In this document: piece by piece, positions 32,701-41,348 of the stretch
Numbering within the stretch: the first letter of the stretch is position 1
Layout: each line of letters begins with the position of its first letter
NCBI GenBank assembly: GCA_963675665.1
Contig: OY776510.1
Location: 4,896,001 to 4,960,000, forward strand
Length of the DNA stretch: 64,000 nucleotides
Source: Spirochaetia bacterium
Lineage (GTDB): Bacteria; Spirochaetota; Spirochaetia; UBA9216
Direction: 5' to 3'
Program-made: the position numbers and the translations under genes
Notes under the pieces: model-generated
Told to the model about the DNA's origin: nothing
The model's database searches: none
Seen by the model: only the letters and a program-made list of their open reading frames with translations

Positions 32701-33813
32701 TCAACCGACCATTACAGCTTCCCATGCTGCTGCCTGCATTTCCCTGTATTCTTTTCTAAAAGCCATTTTCATCGGATCAAACGGCTCTCTGGTTTTTAAA
32801 ATTGTATATACCAAAGTGCTCATCTTGCGGGCGGCAGCTATTACACTCTTACCCGAGCCTTTCTGCTTCTTCATCGCTGCATACTTCGTCATTATTCGGT
32901 ACGTCCCGGTCTTCTTTTGCATACGAACCATTCCCATCACCATCTGTACGAAGGCTGTCCTCAGTTCTACAGGCCCACGCTTTGTTATATGTCCATGATG
33001 TATTGTCATATTTGAGTTCTGCACCCATGGCACAAGCCCGGCGTTTGCTGCATATTTCTTCGCACTATCATATCTGCCGATATCGTCTGTATAGGCTCTT
33101 ACTGTTGCTGCTGTTATTAGACCCACGCCTGGTATTGTCTGCAGAAGCTCAACATCTTCATCGTCCTCCACAAGCTCAGCCAAAACCTTTTCAAGCTGCT
33201 TGACTTGCGATGCCTGATTATCTATCATATCCAGTAACGGTATTACCGTTTTGGCAGCGCTTCCGTAAAAGTCGTGGTCCTCGAGACCGTTCAGGATTCG
33301 CTGCCTTTCTTTTTTACTCTGCAGCTGTCCGCGTTTGGTCTCTATTCCATAACCAAGTAATAAGCCATGCACCTGGTTCTTTAACGACACAACAGATTTT
33401 ACCAGTATCGACCTGGATTTCAGCACCCTTCGAATATCCTCACTCTCTTGGGAACATAATATCGATTCAGGCAGCATGTCTTTCTCAAGAAACTCCGCCA
33501 GGGTGCGTGCATCATGTTTGTCTGTCTTTTTTACAGATTCATTCACTACCTTGAATTTCAAAGTATTCACTACAACCACTTCGACTCCAGCCTTTAACAG
33601 TTTATTGCGGAAATAACGGGCATTCCCGGTTGTTTCCACCGCTGCTCTCAACTCATATTCCTCTTCACAATATTCATCCAGCATTTTCAGAAATGCTCCA
33701 TAACCATTTCCGCTGGTCGGATACATTCCCAATTGATCAATTTTTCGGTCTTCACTTAAAAGGCATACTGTAAACTGCGTTTTGTGAAGATCCACGCCAA
33801 TACTCATCTTCAT
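32701..33813 (-). CDS. IS110-family DEDD recombinase/transposase
   Basis: IGVDLHK, VETTG, KKTDKHDA, TIPGVG, AGLVP...S. Confidence 0.95.
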   Translation of the reverse strand: MKMSIGVDLHKTQFTVCLLSEDRKIDQLGMYPTSGNGYGAFLKMLDEYCEEEYELRAAVETTGNARYFRNKLLKAGVEVVVVNTLKFKVVNESVKKTDKHDARTLAEFLEKDMLPESILCSQESEDIRRVLKSRSILVKSVVSLKNQVHGLLLGYGIETKRGQLQSKKERQRILNGLEDHDFYGSAAKTVIPLLDMIDNQASQVKQLEKVLAELVEDDEDVELLQTIPGVGLITAATVRAYTDDIGRYDSAKKYAANAGLVPWVQNSNMTIHHGHITKRGPVELRTAFVQMVMGMVRMQKKTGTYRIMTKYAAMKKQKGSGKSVIAAARKMSTLVYTILKTREPFDPMKMAFRKEYREMQAAAWEAVMVG

Positions 33814-33848
33814 GTTCTATCTCCAATAGTTTGAAGCAGTGCCTATAC

Positions 33849-34001
33849 GGTGAATTGTTCCATTCTCCTATCCGGTCTCGCAGACCATTGAATGTTTCGG
33901 TTACGGCTCTTCAATCTCCTAAACGGTCTCGCGGACCAGTAAAAATGTCGAACAGTAACCTTACTGCCTCAATTAAAGTTAAGGCAGTATATCAATTCAC
34001 C
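33849..34001 (-). ncRNA. Putative bridge/seek RNA of IS110 copy 1
   Basis: Reverse complement of 54723-54875; see copy 2. Confidence 0.7.
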
Positions 34002-34026
34002 AGCTCATGAAGACTTTTTATCATTC

Positions 34027-34167
34027 CTCCTATAAAAAGTTTCCGCATGGATGCGGGTTTTAAGAGGTGAAGTAGTAAATCTAAACTGCGTAGCAGTTTA
34101 AACTGCATTGCAGTTTAGATTTACTACTTCAAAATGATAAAATAACATGGAAGTTATTTTATCATTC
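34027..34167 (-). mobile_element. Structured element E2, putative non-autonomous IS110-end MITE in tandem with the IS
   Basis: Preceded by TATAGGAG. Starts GAATGATAAAA (same as the IS left end) and ends ACTTTTTATAGGAG (same as the IS right end). Has a 14-bp hairpin with TTCCAT loop, a 21-bp GAAG..CTTC hairpin and CCGC-ATCCAT-GCGG. Confidence 0.78.
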
Positions 34168-34226
34168 CTCCTATAAGATTTTTTGCCAAAATTCTGAAAT
34201 ACAGCTTCCAGGGCAGTTTATTAACA

Positions 34227-34255
34227 GATCAAGCTGCGTAAAAAGCAGCTTGATC
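34227..34255 (-). terminator. Stem-loop after abfD
   Basis: GATCAAGCTGC...GCAGCTTGATC 11-bp inverted repeat, weak U tract. Confidence 0.5.
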
Positions 34256-34268
34256 ATTCCGTTTATTT

Positions 34269-35732
34269 TCAATCCTTTATGCCGGCGAGATCTTTTGCAT
34301 ACTGTTTCTTTCGCTGAACATCTGCCTGACGCGAGATCATTATACGCTGGGCCTGGGGCGAGCCGGCACCGTGCATTGATTCGGTGAGATAGCCTACAGC
34401 AGCTCTTCCCATTGTCAGGTTTTCAATAAGACGAAGAAGTTTAAGCCTGTCTTTTGTTTCGACGCCCTCAACTCCGCCGAGAAATTTTTTGACCATTTCA
34501 GCAGTTTCCGGATTAGCAAGGTCTTTTGCATTCGGGGCCGTTACCATCAGACCGCCTGCAATATCCTGAAGAAGACGCGCAATCTCATAAGGGAAACGGG
34601 TAACGTTCTGCTTGCAGACATTGGCCAGCAGCAAATCGATCAGATAGTTTCCGGATTTGGTCTTCTGACCGAGCCAGCAGCATGCTACTGAACTTGACCA
34701 TATTGTTTCATTGAGATGGTTCATTTCAACAATCTTGTCTTTAACATGTGAAGCTCTTGCACAGCCGTTGTATTCCGCAATCAGCTGCGCAGCGCCGATA
34801 GCAACATCGCCTACGCCTGTTTTACATGCATAACTCGAGCGATGATAGCCGGCAAATCTTTCAACCAGCATATTTGTAAAATCATATTCGCCGTCCATGA
34901 AGATCTTTTCATTCGGAACAAAAACCCTGTCGAAAACCATCAGGGCTTCCTGTCCTCCGAAGTTGGGACTTCCGGCATCCATGTTCTCTCCATCCGGATC
35001 TTCAAGAAGTCTTGTATCACAGGACTGGCGGCCGTAAATATAAGTAATCCCTGGGTCGTCAGATTCAACAACACAGCAGACTGCGAAGTCTTTATCCTCT
35101 TCGGTCATTGTAACTGTAGGCATAATCAGGGCCTGGTGCGAGTTGATACAGCCAGTCTGATGGGTCTTGGCGCCGCTTATTACAATACCGTCGTCGCGTC
35201 TTTCAACAACATGCACATATACATCGGGGTCAGGACACTGATGAGGCCTTTTGCTTCGGTCGCCCTTCGGATCTGTCATACAACCGTCTACAACAAGATC
35301 CTTTTCTTCCACCTCAAGCATGTATTTCTTGAATCTTTCATGATAGTCTGTTCCGTATTTCTCATCCATTTCATAAGTTGTAGAGAAAGTTGCATTGAAC
35401 GCATCCATACCTACACAGCGCTGAAAACATGTGCCGCATTTCTGGCCGAGAAGTCTCTGCATCCCTACTTTCTTGTACAGCTCCTCAGGACTCTGGTGAA
35501 TATGACAAAACCTGTTTATTCTTTTGCCTGTGAATGAAGATATTTCGGTCAGATCATCTCTGTATTTTGAACCTTCCTCTGCAAGCTCATAAGTAAGTGC
35601 AATCGAATTGATAGAAGCTGCAATGATCGGGTGATCATACGGATTCTCAAGTTTTTCGCCGGCCATATATACATTCAATGGTCTTCTGTTTCTCAGGCTT
35701 GCGCGGTATTCCTTACCGGTCATCAATCCCAT
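34269..35732 (-). CDS. abfD: 4-hydroxybutyryl-CoA dehydratase / vinylacetyl-CoA isomerase
   Basis: CGTCFQRCVGMD Fe-S motif, MTDPKGDRS, GAKTHQTG, YHRSSYAC, ESMHGAGSPQAQ; start at MGLMTG behind GGGAGG. Confidence 0.93.
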   Translation of the reverse strand: MGLMTGKEYRASLRNRRPLNVYMAGEKLENPYDHPIIAASINSIALTYELAEEGSKYRDDLTEISSFTGKRINRFCHIHQSPEELYKKVGMQRLLGQKCGTCFQRCVGMDAFNATFSTTYEMDEKYGTDYHERFKKYMLEVEEKDLVVDGCMTDPKGDRSKRPHQCPDPDVYVHVVERRDDGIVISGAKTHQTGCINSHQALIMPTVTMTEEDKDFAVCCVVESDDPGITYIYGRQSCDTRLLEDPDGENMDAGSPNFGGQEALMVFDRVFVPNEKIFMDGEYDFTNMLVERFAGYHRSSYACKTGVGDVAIGAAQLIAEYNGCARASHVKDKIVEMNHLNETIWSSSVACCWLGQKTKSGNYLIDLLLANVCKQNVTRFPYEIARLLQDIAGGLMVTAPNAKDLANPETAEMVKKFLGGVEGVETKDRLKLLRLIENLTMGRAAVGYLTESMHGAGSPQAQRIMISRQADVQRKKQYAKDLAGIKD

Positions 35733-35799
35733 ATTTTTCCTCCCGGCGCCGTATTCCGGTGCCAATTACAATAATTTTTATATAAAGGGCATAATCCCC

Positions 35800-36459
35800 T
35801 TAATATTCTATTCTGACGGTCCTGATAGTGTGTTCATCAAGATCATAAAAATATGCAAGATGCCTGTTTATAAGAGCAATCACTCCGTCGGTGTCGCGTT
35901 CTTTTAGCTTGTCTATCATGTCAAAATGAAGTTTTATCATATTCAGACTCAAATCGGAGTCGACATAATAAACAAACTGCATCAGCCTGACTTTCAGATA
36001 AAGGTCTTCCATAATTTTACACAGGTTCTCGTTTTTTCCGATTATGGCCAGGCCTAAATGAAACTCGCATTCAAGACGAATCCAGTTGAAAATATCGCCG
36101 TCTTTGGCGGCCTGATAACAGGCGTCGGCAACTTTTCTCAATTCGTCGATTTCAGCATTGTTTCCGAAACGTACTGCAAGCTGGACGGCCAGGGTATCAA
36201 GGGCTATTCTTGTAAGCCCCAGGTCTGTCTTGGCTCTCCTGTCAAAAGTTACGACCTCCGCGCTGCGGTGAGGATAAAGTTTAACTATCCCCTCTTTGGC
36301 CAGGCGCTGAACAGCTTCGGTTACAGGCGTACGGCTGACGCCGAGTTTTTTTGACAGGGCGTCAACTGCCAGTTTATCCCCGCAGGCAATATCCTGCCTT
36401 AAAATCATGTCCGTGATCTGTCTGTAAACTGTTTCTCCGAGCATCTGCCGATCTGCCAT
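35800..36459 (-). CDS. GntR-family (FCD) transcriptional regulator
   Basis: LGVSRTPVTEA wHTH; FH...N...H FCD domain. Confidence 0.9.
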   Translation of the reverse strand: MADRQMLGETVYRQITDMILRQDIACGDKLAVDALSKKLGVSRTPVTEAVQRLAKEGIVKLYPHRSAEVVTFDRRAKTDLGLTRIALDTLAVQLAVRFGNNAEIDELRKVADACYQAAKDGDIFNWIRLECEFHLGLAIIGKNENLCKIMEDLYLKVRLMQFVYYVDSDLSLNMIKLHFDMIDKLKERDTDGVIALINRHLAYFYDLDEHTIRTVRIEY

Positions 36460-36472
36460 GAAATTTCACACC

Positions 36473-36539
36473 TTTGCATGTATTTTTACAGATTGCATGC
36501 AATCTTATTACATATTATACGATCCTGCGTTTTTGTCAA
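36473..36539 (-). promoter_or_regulatory. Promoter and probable GntR operator
   Basis: Perfect 16-bp palindrome AGATTGCATGCAATCT (36490-36505) plus partial TTGCATGTA; TTGACA at 36534-36539 with TATAAT/TAATAT 14-16 bp downstream. Confidence 0.6.
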
Positions 36540-36540
36540 G

Positions 36541-36577
36541 AAAAAAGAGGGCTGATTAGTAAATCAGCCCTCTTTTT
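36541..36577 (-). terminator. Intrinsic terminator after gabT (bidirectional shape)
   Basis: AAAAAAGAGGGCTGATT-AGTA-AATCAGCCCTCTTTTT. Confidence 0.85.
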
Positions 36578-36593
36578 AAACAGGTAGAGGATT

Positions 36594-37859
36594 TTATTTT
36601 AGAACTTTCTTCAACGCCTTACCAAATCTTGAAAGGCCGATAGTCATTTCGTCTTCGCTTATTACCAGAGGCGGAATCCACCTGATAATATTTCCGAAGG
36701 TTCCGCATCCGAGCATAAGCATATTCTCTTCAAGCGCCGCGGCAATTACCGCTTTGGCGGTTTCAGCATCGGGCTGTCCGTTTTTCATAAATTCTGTTGC
36801 CACCATGCATCCGCGTCCGCGAACATCGCCGATAACCGGATACTGTTTCTGAAGTTCCCGAAGGCCTTTCATAAGCTGCTCTCCGCGTGCCGCTGCATTT
36901 TCAGCAAGCTTTTCTTCCTTCATTACCTTAACAGTAGCAGCTGCAGCTGCGCATGCCATGGTATTGCCGCTGTAGGTACCGCCATGGGTTCCGGCCCTCC
37001 AGTTTTCCTGTAGCGTACGTTTATACGCCAGGCCGGAAATAGGGATTCCTGAACCCAGGCCCTTGGCCATTGTCATAATATCAGGAAGAACATTCTCATG
37101 CTGAATTGCAAAAAACTTTCCGGTACGACAAAATCCCGACTGCACTTCATCGGCTATCATCATTATACCGTGCTCATCGCAGATCTCCCGAACTGCCTGC
37201 AGGAAGCCTGCCGGCGGCACTACATATCCGCCCTCGCCAAGCAGAGGTTCAATAATTATTGCTGCTGTCTCGCTGGGCTTTGTCTGCCCGAGAAGGGTTC
37301 TTTTCAGTTCCTTAATTGCAAAGGCTTTTGTTGTTTCATCATCCCAGCCGTAGTAAAACGAATACGGATACGGAGAAACAAATATTCCCGCAGGCAGGGG
37401 CATATAACCTTCCCGGTAAACGGTCTTGCTTGTCGTCATTGCCATTGTAAGATGTGTCCGGCCGTGAAAACTTCCGTTAAAAACAATTACATTCTGCCTT
37501 CCGGTAGCATGCTTTGCCAGTTTAACCGCGGCTTCAACCGCTTCAGCTCCGCTGCTTGCAAAGAAGAAAGTATCAAGCCCCGAAGGCACAACCGTTTTAA
37601 GCTCTTCAACCAAATCGACCATGGGCTGATGATAGACAATGTTGAACTGACCAAACAGAAGCTTGTCAGCCTGCTTCTTTATTGCTTCCACAACTTTCGG
37701 GTGACAGTGCCCGGTATTTGTTACACCTATGCCGCTGGTAAAATCAAGATATTTATTCCCTTGTTTATCATAAAACCAGCAGCCTTCACCACGTTCGACC
37801 ATTATATTTGTCGAATGCGTCCATACCGATGATATTTCCTTAATTTCCTGAGGATTCAT
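36594..37859 (-). CDS. gabT: Class III aminotransferase, probably 4-aminobutyrate transaminase
   Basis: SGAEAVE, FHGRT, EPLLGEGG, DEVQSG, MAKG (PLP Lys), HGGTY; context. Confidence 0.8.
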   Translation of the reverse strand: MNPQEIKEISSVWTHSTNIMVERGEGCWFYDKQGNKYLDFTSGIGVTNTGHCHPKVVEAIKKQADKLLFGQFNIVYHQPMVDLVEELKTVVPSGLDTFFFASSGAEAVEAAVKLAKHATGRQNVIVFNGSFHGRTHLTMAMTTSKTVYREGYMPLPAGIFVSPYPYSFYYGWDDETTKAFAIKELKRTLLGQTKPSETAAIIIEPLLGEGGYVVPPAGFLQAVREICDEHGIMMIADEVQSGFCRTGKFFAIQHENVLPDIMTMAKGLGSGIPISGLAYKRTLQENWRAGTHGGTYSGNTMACAAAAATVKVMKEEKLAENAAARGEQLMKGLRELQKQYPVIGDVRGRGCMVATEFMKNGQPDAETAKAVIAAALEENMLMLGCGTFGNIIRWIPPLVISEDEMTIGLSRFGKALKKVLK

Positions 37860-37944
37860 GGTGCTCTCCTAAATTCAAAAATATTAATAATATTATGAAG
37901 AGTACCACATTCCGGATAAACACGGCTATGTTTTATTTATATCA

Positions 37945-40383
37945 TTATTCTGACAGACAAAGCTCAGAGGCTTTTTTTACAGCGGCGACACCGTCGGCAG
38001 CGTATTCAGCGCCGATTGATTCGGCCCATTCACGGGTAACAACAGCGCCTCCGGCGATAATCCGGCATTTAAGCCCCCTGACTTTAACAAGCTCAATAAC
38101 CTCGGGCATACGGATCATGGTTGTGGTCATCAGGGCCGACAGCCCGATAAGATCAGCCCTGTTTTTTTCAGCCGCATCAACTATTTCTTCTGCCGCAACA
38201 TCCTTGCCCAAATCTATTACATCAAACCCGTAATTGCGAAGCATCAGAACTACAATATTCTTGCCGATATCATGAATATCACCCTTAACTGTTGCAAAAA
38301 CCAGGGTCCCCTTCTTTTTAACGTCTCCCGCCGCCTTGAGCAGAGGTTCAATTACGGAAAAACCCTTTTCCATTGTTTCGGCGCTTGCTATCAGCTGCGG
38401 CAGAAAATACCGTTTTTCATCATAGTATTCGCCTACTTTCATGATAGACGGGATCATAATATCCTTCAGGAGGCTTGACGGCTGGTACCCTGCCTCAAGC
38501 GCTTTACGGCACAGGTCTTCGATATCTTCCCTGCGCCCTTCTATAACAGCTTTTGATAATAATTCATCAAGGCCCATCTCCGCTTCCGGTCGAACCTTTA
38601 CGGGAGGCGCCTTTACTGCTGATGTGCTGCTGAATTTATCTATATATGCAAGCGAATCCCGGTCACGTCCCGTCAGTACATTTGCCGCAGCCCTGGTATT
38701 CATCAGAAGCTCATGCGAAGGGTTGGCAATTGCCCATGTCAGTCCTGCCCCTGCCGCCATTGCAAAAAAAGCCGAATTAATCCAGCCGCGTTCCGGCAGC
38801 CCGAACGACACATTGGAAAGGCCCAGTACGGTGCCGAACCCCTGTGTGGCCGCCCAATGCACTGTTTTAAGCGTTTCAGCAGCAGCCTGCTGATTGCTGG
38901 ATACGGTCATAACCAGTCCGTCGACAATCAGATCGCTGCGTCTGTAGCCCAACTTCTCAGCCTCTTTCCAGACTTCCTGAATAAGCTCTATCCGACGTTC
39001 CGCCTTGTCCGGCAGTTCATTATCAGCTATCGGCAGCACAACAAGCATTGCCCCGTAACCGGCTGCCGCAGGCAGAAGTTTAGCCAGCTTTTCCTTCTCG
39101 GCCGATATCGAATTGATCAGCGTTCTTCCGGGGTAATACCTTACTGCCGCCTCAACAACATCCGGATCAGATGAATCGATTACAAGCGGAAGATGCACCG
39201 CCGGAACCACCGTTGAGATAATGTCGAGTATCGTTTTCTTTTCATCGATACCCGGCATTCCGGCATTAATGTCCAGAAGGTCGGCCCCGCCTTCCGCCTG
39301 CTCCCGGGCAAGCTTTCGGATATAGCCCATATTTCCGTTCCTCAATTCTTCCTGCAGCCTTTTCTTGCCTGTAGGATTTATACGCTCGCCGATTATGCGT
39401 ATCGGACCGTCGGCGCCGGTCTGAAGAAGATCAGTAGCGGAGCAGAGACATGCCGCATCCGGCGCCTTGCGCGGAACAGGTTTTAGCCCTTTCAGACTTG
39501 AAGCAAGCATCCTGATATGTCCGGGTCCGGTACCGCAGCATCCGCCCATGATGTTTACCCCGGCTTCGACAAAAGCCTCGCCGAACGAACCGAAGTCGTT
39601 CGCCTGCATTGGAAAAACAGTCCTGCCGTCTTTTATAACCGGCATTCCGGCATTGGGTTTCGCCATAACGGGAATATCAACTACGCTGCATATCCGTCTC
39701 AGGTTCTTCAGCATCTCGGCCGGACCGGTTGAACAGTTAAGCCCTACAGCGTCGGCGCCCAGGCTTTGAAGAATAACCGCCATTGCCTCGGGAGTTGTTC
39801 CATTGAGGCTTCGGCCGGATTCGTCAAAGGTCATGGATACCATTTTAAAACTGTCGGTCAGCTCTTTAACAGCAAGCAAAGCTGCCCGGCATTCCTGGAT
39901 ATCGATCTGCGTTTCAATAACAAAAAGATCAACTCCGCCTTCAAGAAGACCCTTTACCTGTCTTTTATAACCGTTTACGGCATCTTCAAAATCAAGATCC
40001 CCAAAGGGCATGATAAATCTTCCGGAGGGGCCAATATCTCCGGCAATAAAAGGTCTGCGTCCGCCCTCTTCAGCGATGGACTCCGCTGTTTTTACCGCGT
40101 TCTCCGCGATAACCCGGTTTACTTCTTCCGTCCGCTCAAGCGCCCCGAATTCTTCAAGCTTCCAGGGCGATCCGCCGAAGGTGCATGTATAAAGGATATC
40201 CGAACCGCTTTCCACGTAGGATCTGTATATTTCAGCCGAAACCTCCGGGTTCTCACATGACCACAGTTCAGGGCTGACGCCCGCCGGAAGACCGCGTTTC
40301 TGCATTTCTGTTCCGGTAGCCCCGTCGAGTATAACTATCCTGCTTTTAATCAGGTCTTTAATCTTCTGTTTTGTCTCGTTCAT
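37945..40383 (-). CDS. metH: Cobalamin-dependent methionine synthase lacking the reactivation domain
   Basis: DGATGT, GLNC, GGCCGT, IGERINPTG, GDIHDIGKN, LSALMTTT. Confidence 0.9.
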   Translation of the reverse strand: MNETKQKIKDLIKSRIVILDGATGTEMQKRGLPAGVSPELWSCENPEVSAEIYRSYVESGSDILYTCTFGGSPWKLEEFGALERTEEVNRVIAENAVKTAESIAEEGGRRPFIAGDIGPSGRFIMPFGDLDFEDAVNGYKRQVKGLLEGGVDLFVIETQIDIQECRAALLAVKELTDSFKMVSMTFDESGRSLNGTTPEAMAVILQSLGADAVGLNCSTGPAEMLKNLRRICSVVDIPVMAKPNAGMPVIKDGRTVFPMQANDFGSFGEAFVEAGVNIMGGCCGTGPGHIRMLASSLKGLKPVPRKAPDAACLCSATDLLQTGADGPIRIIGERINPTGKKRLQEELRNGNMGYIRKLAREQAEGGADLLDINAGMPGIDEKKTILDIISTVVPAVHLPLVIDSSDPDVVEAAVRYYPGRTLINSISAEKEKLAKLLPAAAGYGAMLVVLPIADNELPDKAERRIELIQEVWKEAEKLGYRRSDLIVDGLVMTVSSNQQAAAETLKTVHWAATQGFGTVLGLSNVSFGLPERGWINSAFFAMAAGAGLTWAIANPSHELLMNTRAAANVLTGRDRDSLAYIDKFSSTSAVKAPPVKVRPEAEMGLDELLSKAVIEGRREDIEDLCRKALEAGYQPSSLLKDIMIPSIMKVGEYYDEKRYFLPQLIASAETMEKGFSVIEPLLKAAGDVKKKGTLVFATVKGDIHDIGKNIVVLMLRNYGFDVIDLGKDVAAEEIVDAAEKNRADLIGLSALMTTTMIRMPEVIELVKVRGLKCRIIAGGAVVTREWAESIGAEYAADGVAAVKKASELCLSE

Positions 40384-40388
40384 AAAAA

Positions 40389-40508
40389 CTCCTATAGAAA
40401 CTCGACTTTAATCGTAAGCCATGGATGGCCGGTTGCAGAAGTGAAGTTTTCAAACAAAGTTTGGAAACTTCAAAATGTTAAAAATACATGGATGTATTTT
40501 TAACATTC
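40389..40508 (-). repeat. Structured element E3 with IS-like ends
   Basis: G-AATGTTAAAAATAC-ATCCAT-GTATTTTTAACATT-TT-GAAG..CTTC-AC...GCC-ATCCAT-GGC...GTCGAGTTTCTATAGGAG directly before the metH ATG. Confidence 0.8.
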
Positions 40509-41102
40509 AGCTGAAGGCAGTATCCCGTAAATTGCTGTCACCGATTTCTCGGGCATCAGCAGACAGGATTCGTTTATCCTGACGCCGATGGCCTCAAGCC
40601 CCAGCATCCGGTATATATCCTTCTGAAACCTGATGTCAAAATCTCCGTAACCTGCCGAGAAACGTCTTGAAGTCAACGCCCTTGCTTCACGTACAAGTTC
40701 ACGGGAAAAAATCTCGGCAAGCCGGTTCAGTCCTTCGTCAACTATCTCGCTTGCCGCAGCATCAGTAACGACCGCTTCGGTCAGTTTCCCTGCTTCTTTA
40801 TACCGCTCAATTTCATCAGTAACGGAACTGCCGCCGGTTATGCCCATAATCAGCAGTTGGTCCGATTCAGCCAGAAAATTGTTGAGTTTGCTGCTGTTAA
40901 ATATTTCAGCTATCGACGTTTCAACTCTAAGCGAAACGGCTTTCAGTTCAATCAGATCAGCGGTTTTCTCTATCAGGGAATCTACTTCAGCCATTGTTTC
41001 TGCCGGTATCCGGCTTGATCTGCTGATATATCCAAGCCGTTTAAGTATTCTGCTGCGCGGTACTTTAACCGGCAGATATGGAAAGCGTCTGACATCTGGC
41101 AT
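40500..41102 (-). CDS. Stand-alone methionine synthase reactivation (AdoMet-binding) domain
   Basis: RFSAGYGDF...LLMPEKSVTA motif; adjacent to truncated metH. Confidence 0.8.
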   Translation of the reverse strand: MPDVRRFPYLPVKVPRSRILKRLGYISRSSRIPAETMAEVDSLIEKTADLIELKAVSLRVETSIAEIFNSSKLNNFLAESDQLLIMGITGGSSVTDEIERYKEAGKLTEAVVTDAAASEIVDEGLNRLAEIFSRELVREARALTSRRFSAGYGDFDIRFQKDIYRMLGLEAIGVRINESCLLMPEKSVTAIYGILPSAEC

Positions 41103-41210
41103 TGTTTGAATATAACAATTTTATTAAAACTTGGCACTAGTCTTTCAGCCGTACTTGAATATTATCTGATTATCGTGTTAATTTCTGTATATTCAAGTGA
41201 CAAGACACTT

Positions 41211-41342
41211 AATGATGACAGGCGCGCTACACCTGTCATCATTTTGAAGTTTCTGGAGCTACGCACCAGAAACTTCACTCTGAGATTTCGGCGGATAAGC
41301 TGTTTTTCAGCATCCATCACACAAAAAATTTTTCGAGAGGAG
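41211..41342 (+). repeat. Structured element E5 (variant loops) in the symporter leader
   Basis: AATGATGACAGGCG-CGCTA-CACCTGTCATCATT-TT-GAAGTTTCTGG-AGCTACGCA-CCAGAAACTTC-AC, ending at the GAGGAG SD. Confidence 0.7.
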
Positions 41343-41348
41343 ATCAAA

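Larger units (their letters stand above)
32645..34026 (-). mobile_element. IS110-family (IS1111-like) insertion sequence, copy 1, 1382 bp
   Basis: Matches 54698-56079. Left end GAATGATAAAAAGTC, right end GACTTTTTATAGGAG, 10-bp subterminal inverted repeats. Confidence 0.93.

Noticed and set aside
41190-41345. Known riboswitch (purine, SAM or cobalamin) ahead of the symporter
   Set aside because: I could not find the conserved aptamer motifs. The hairpins instead match the repeat family (CATT-TT-GAAG...CTTC-AC). An Rfam scan would be decisive.
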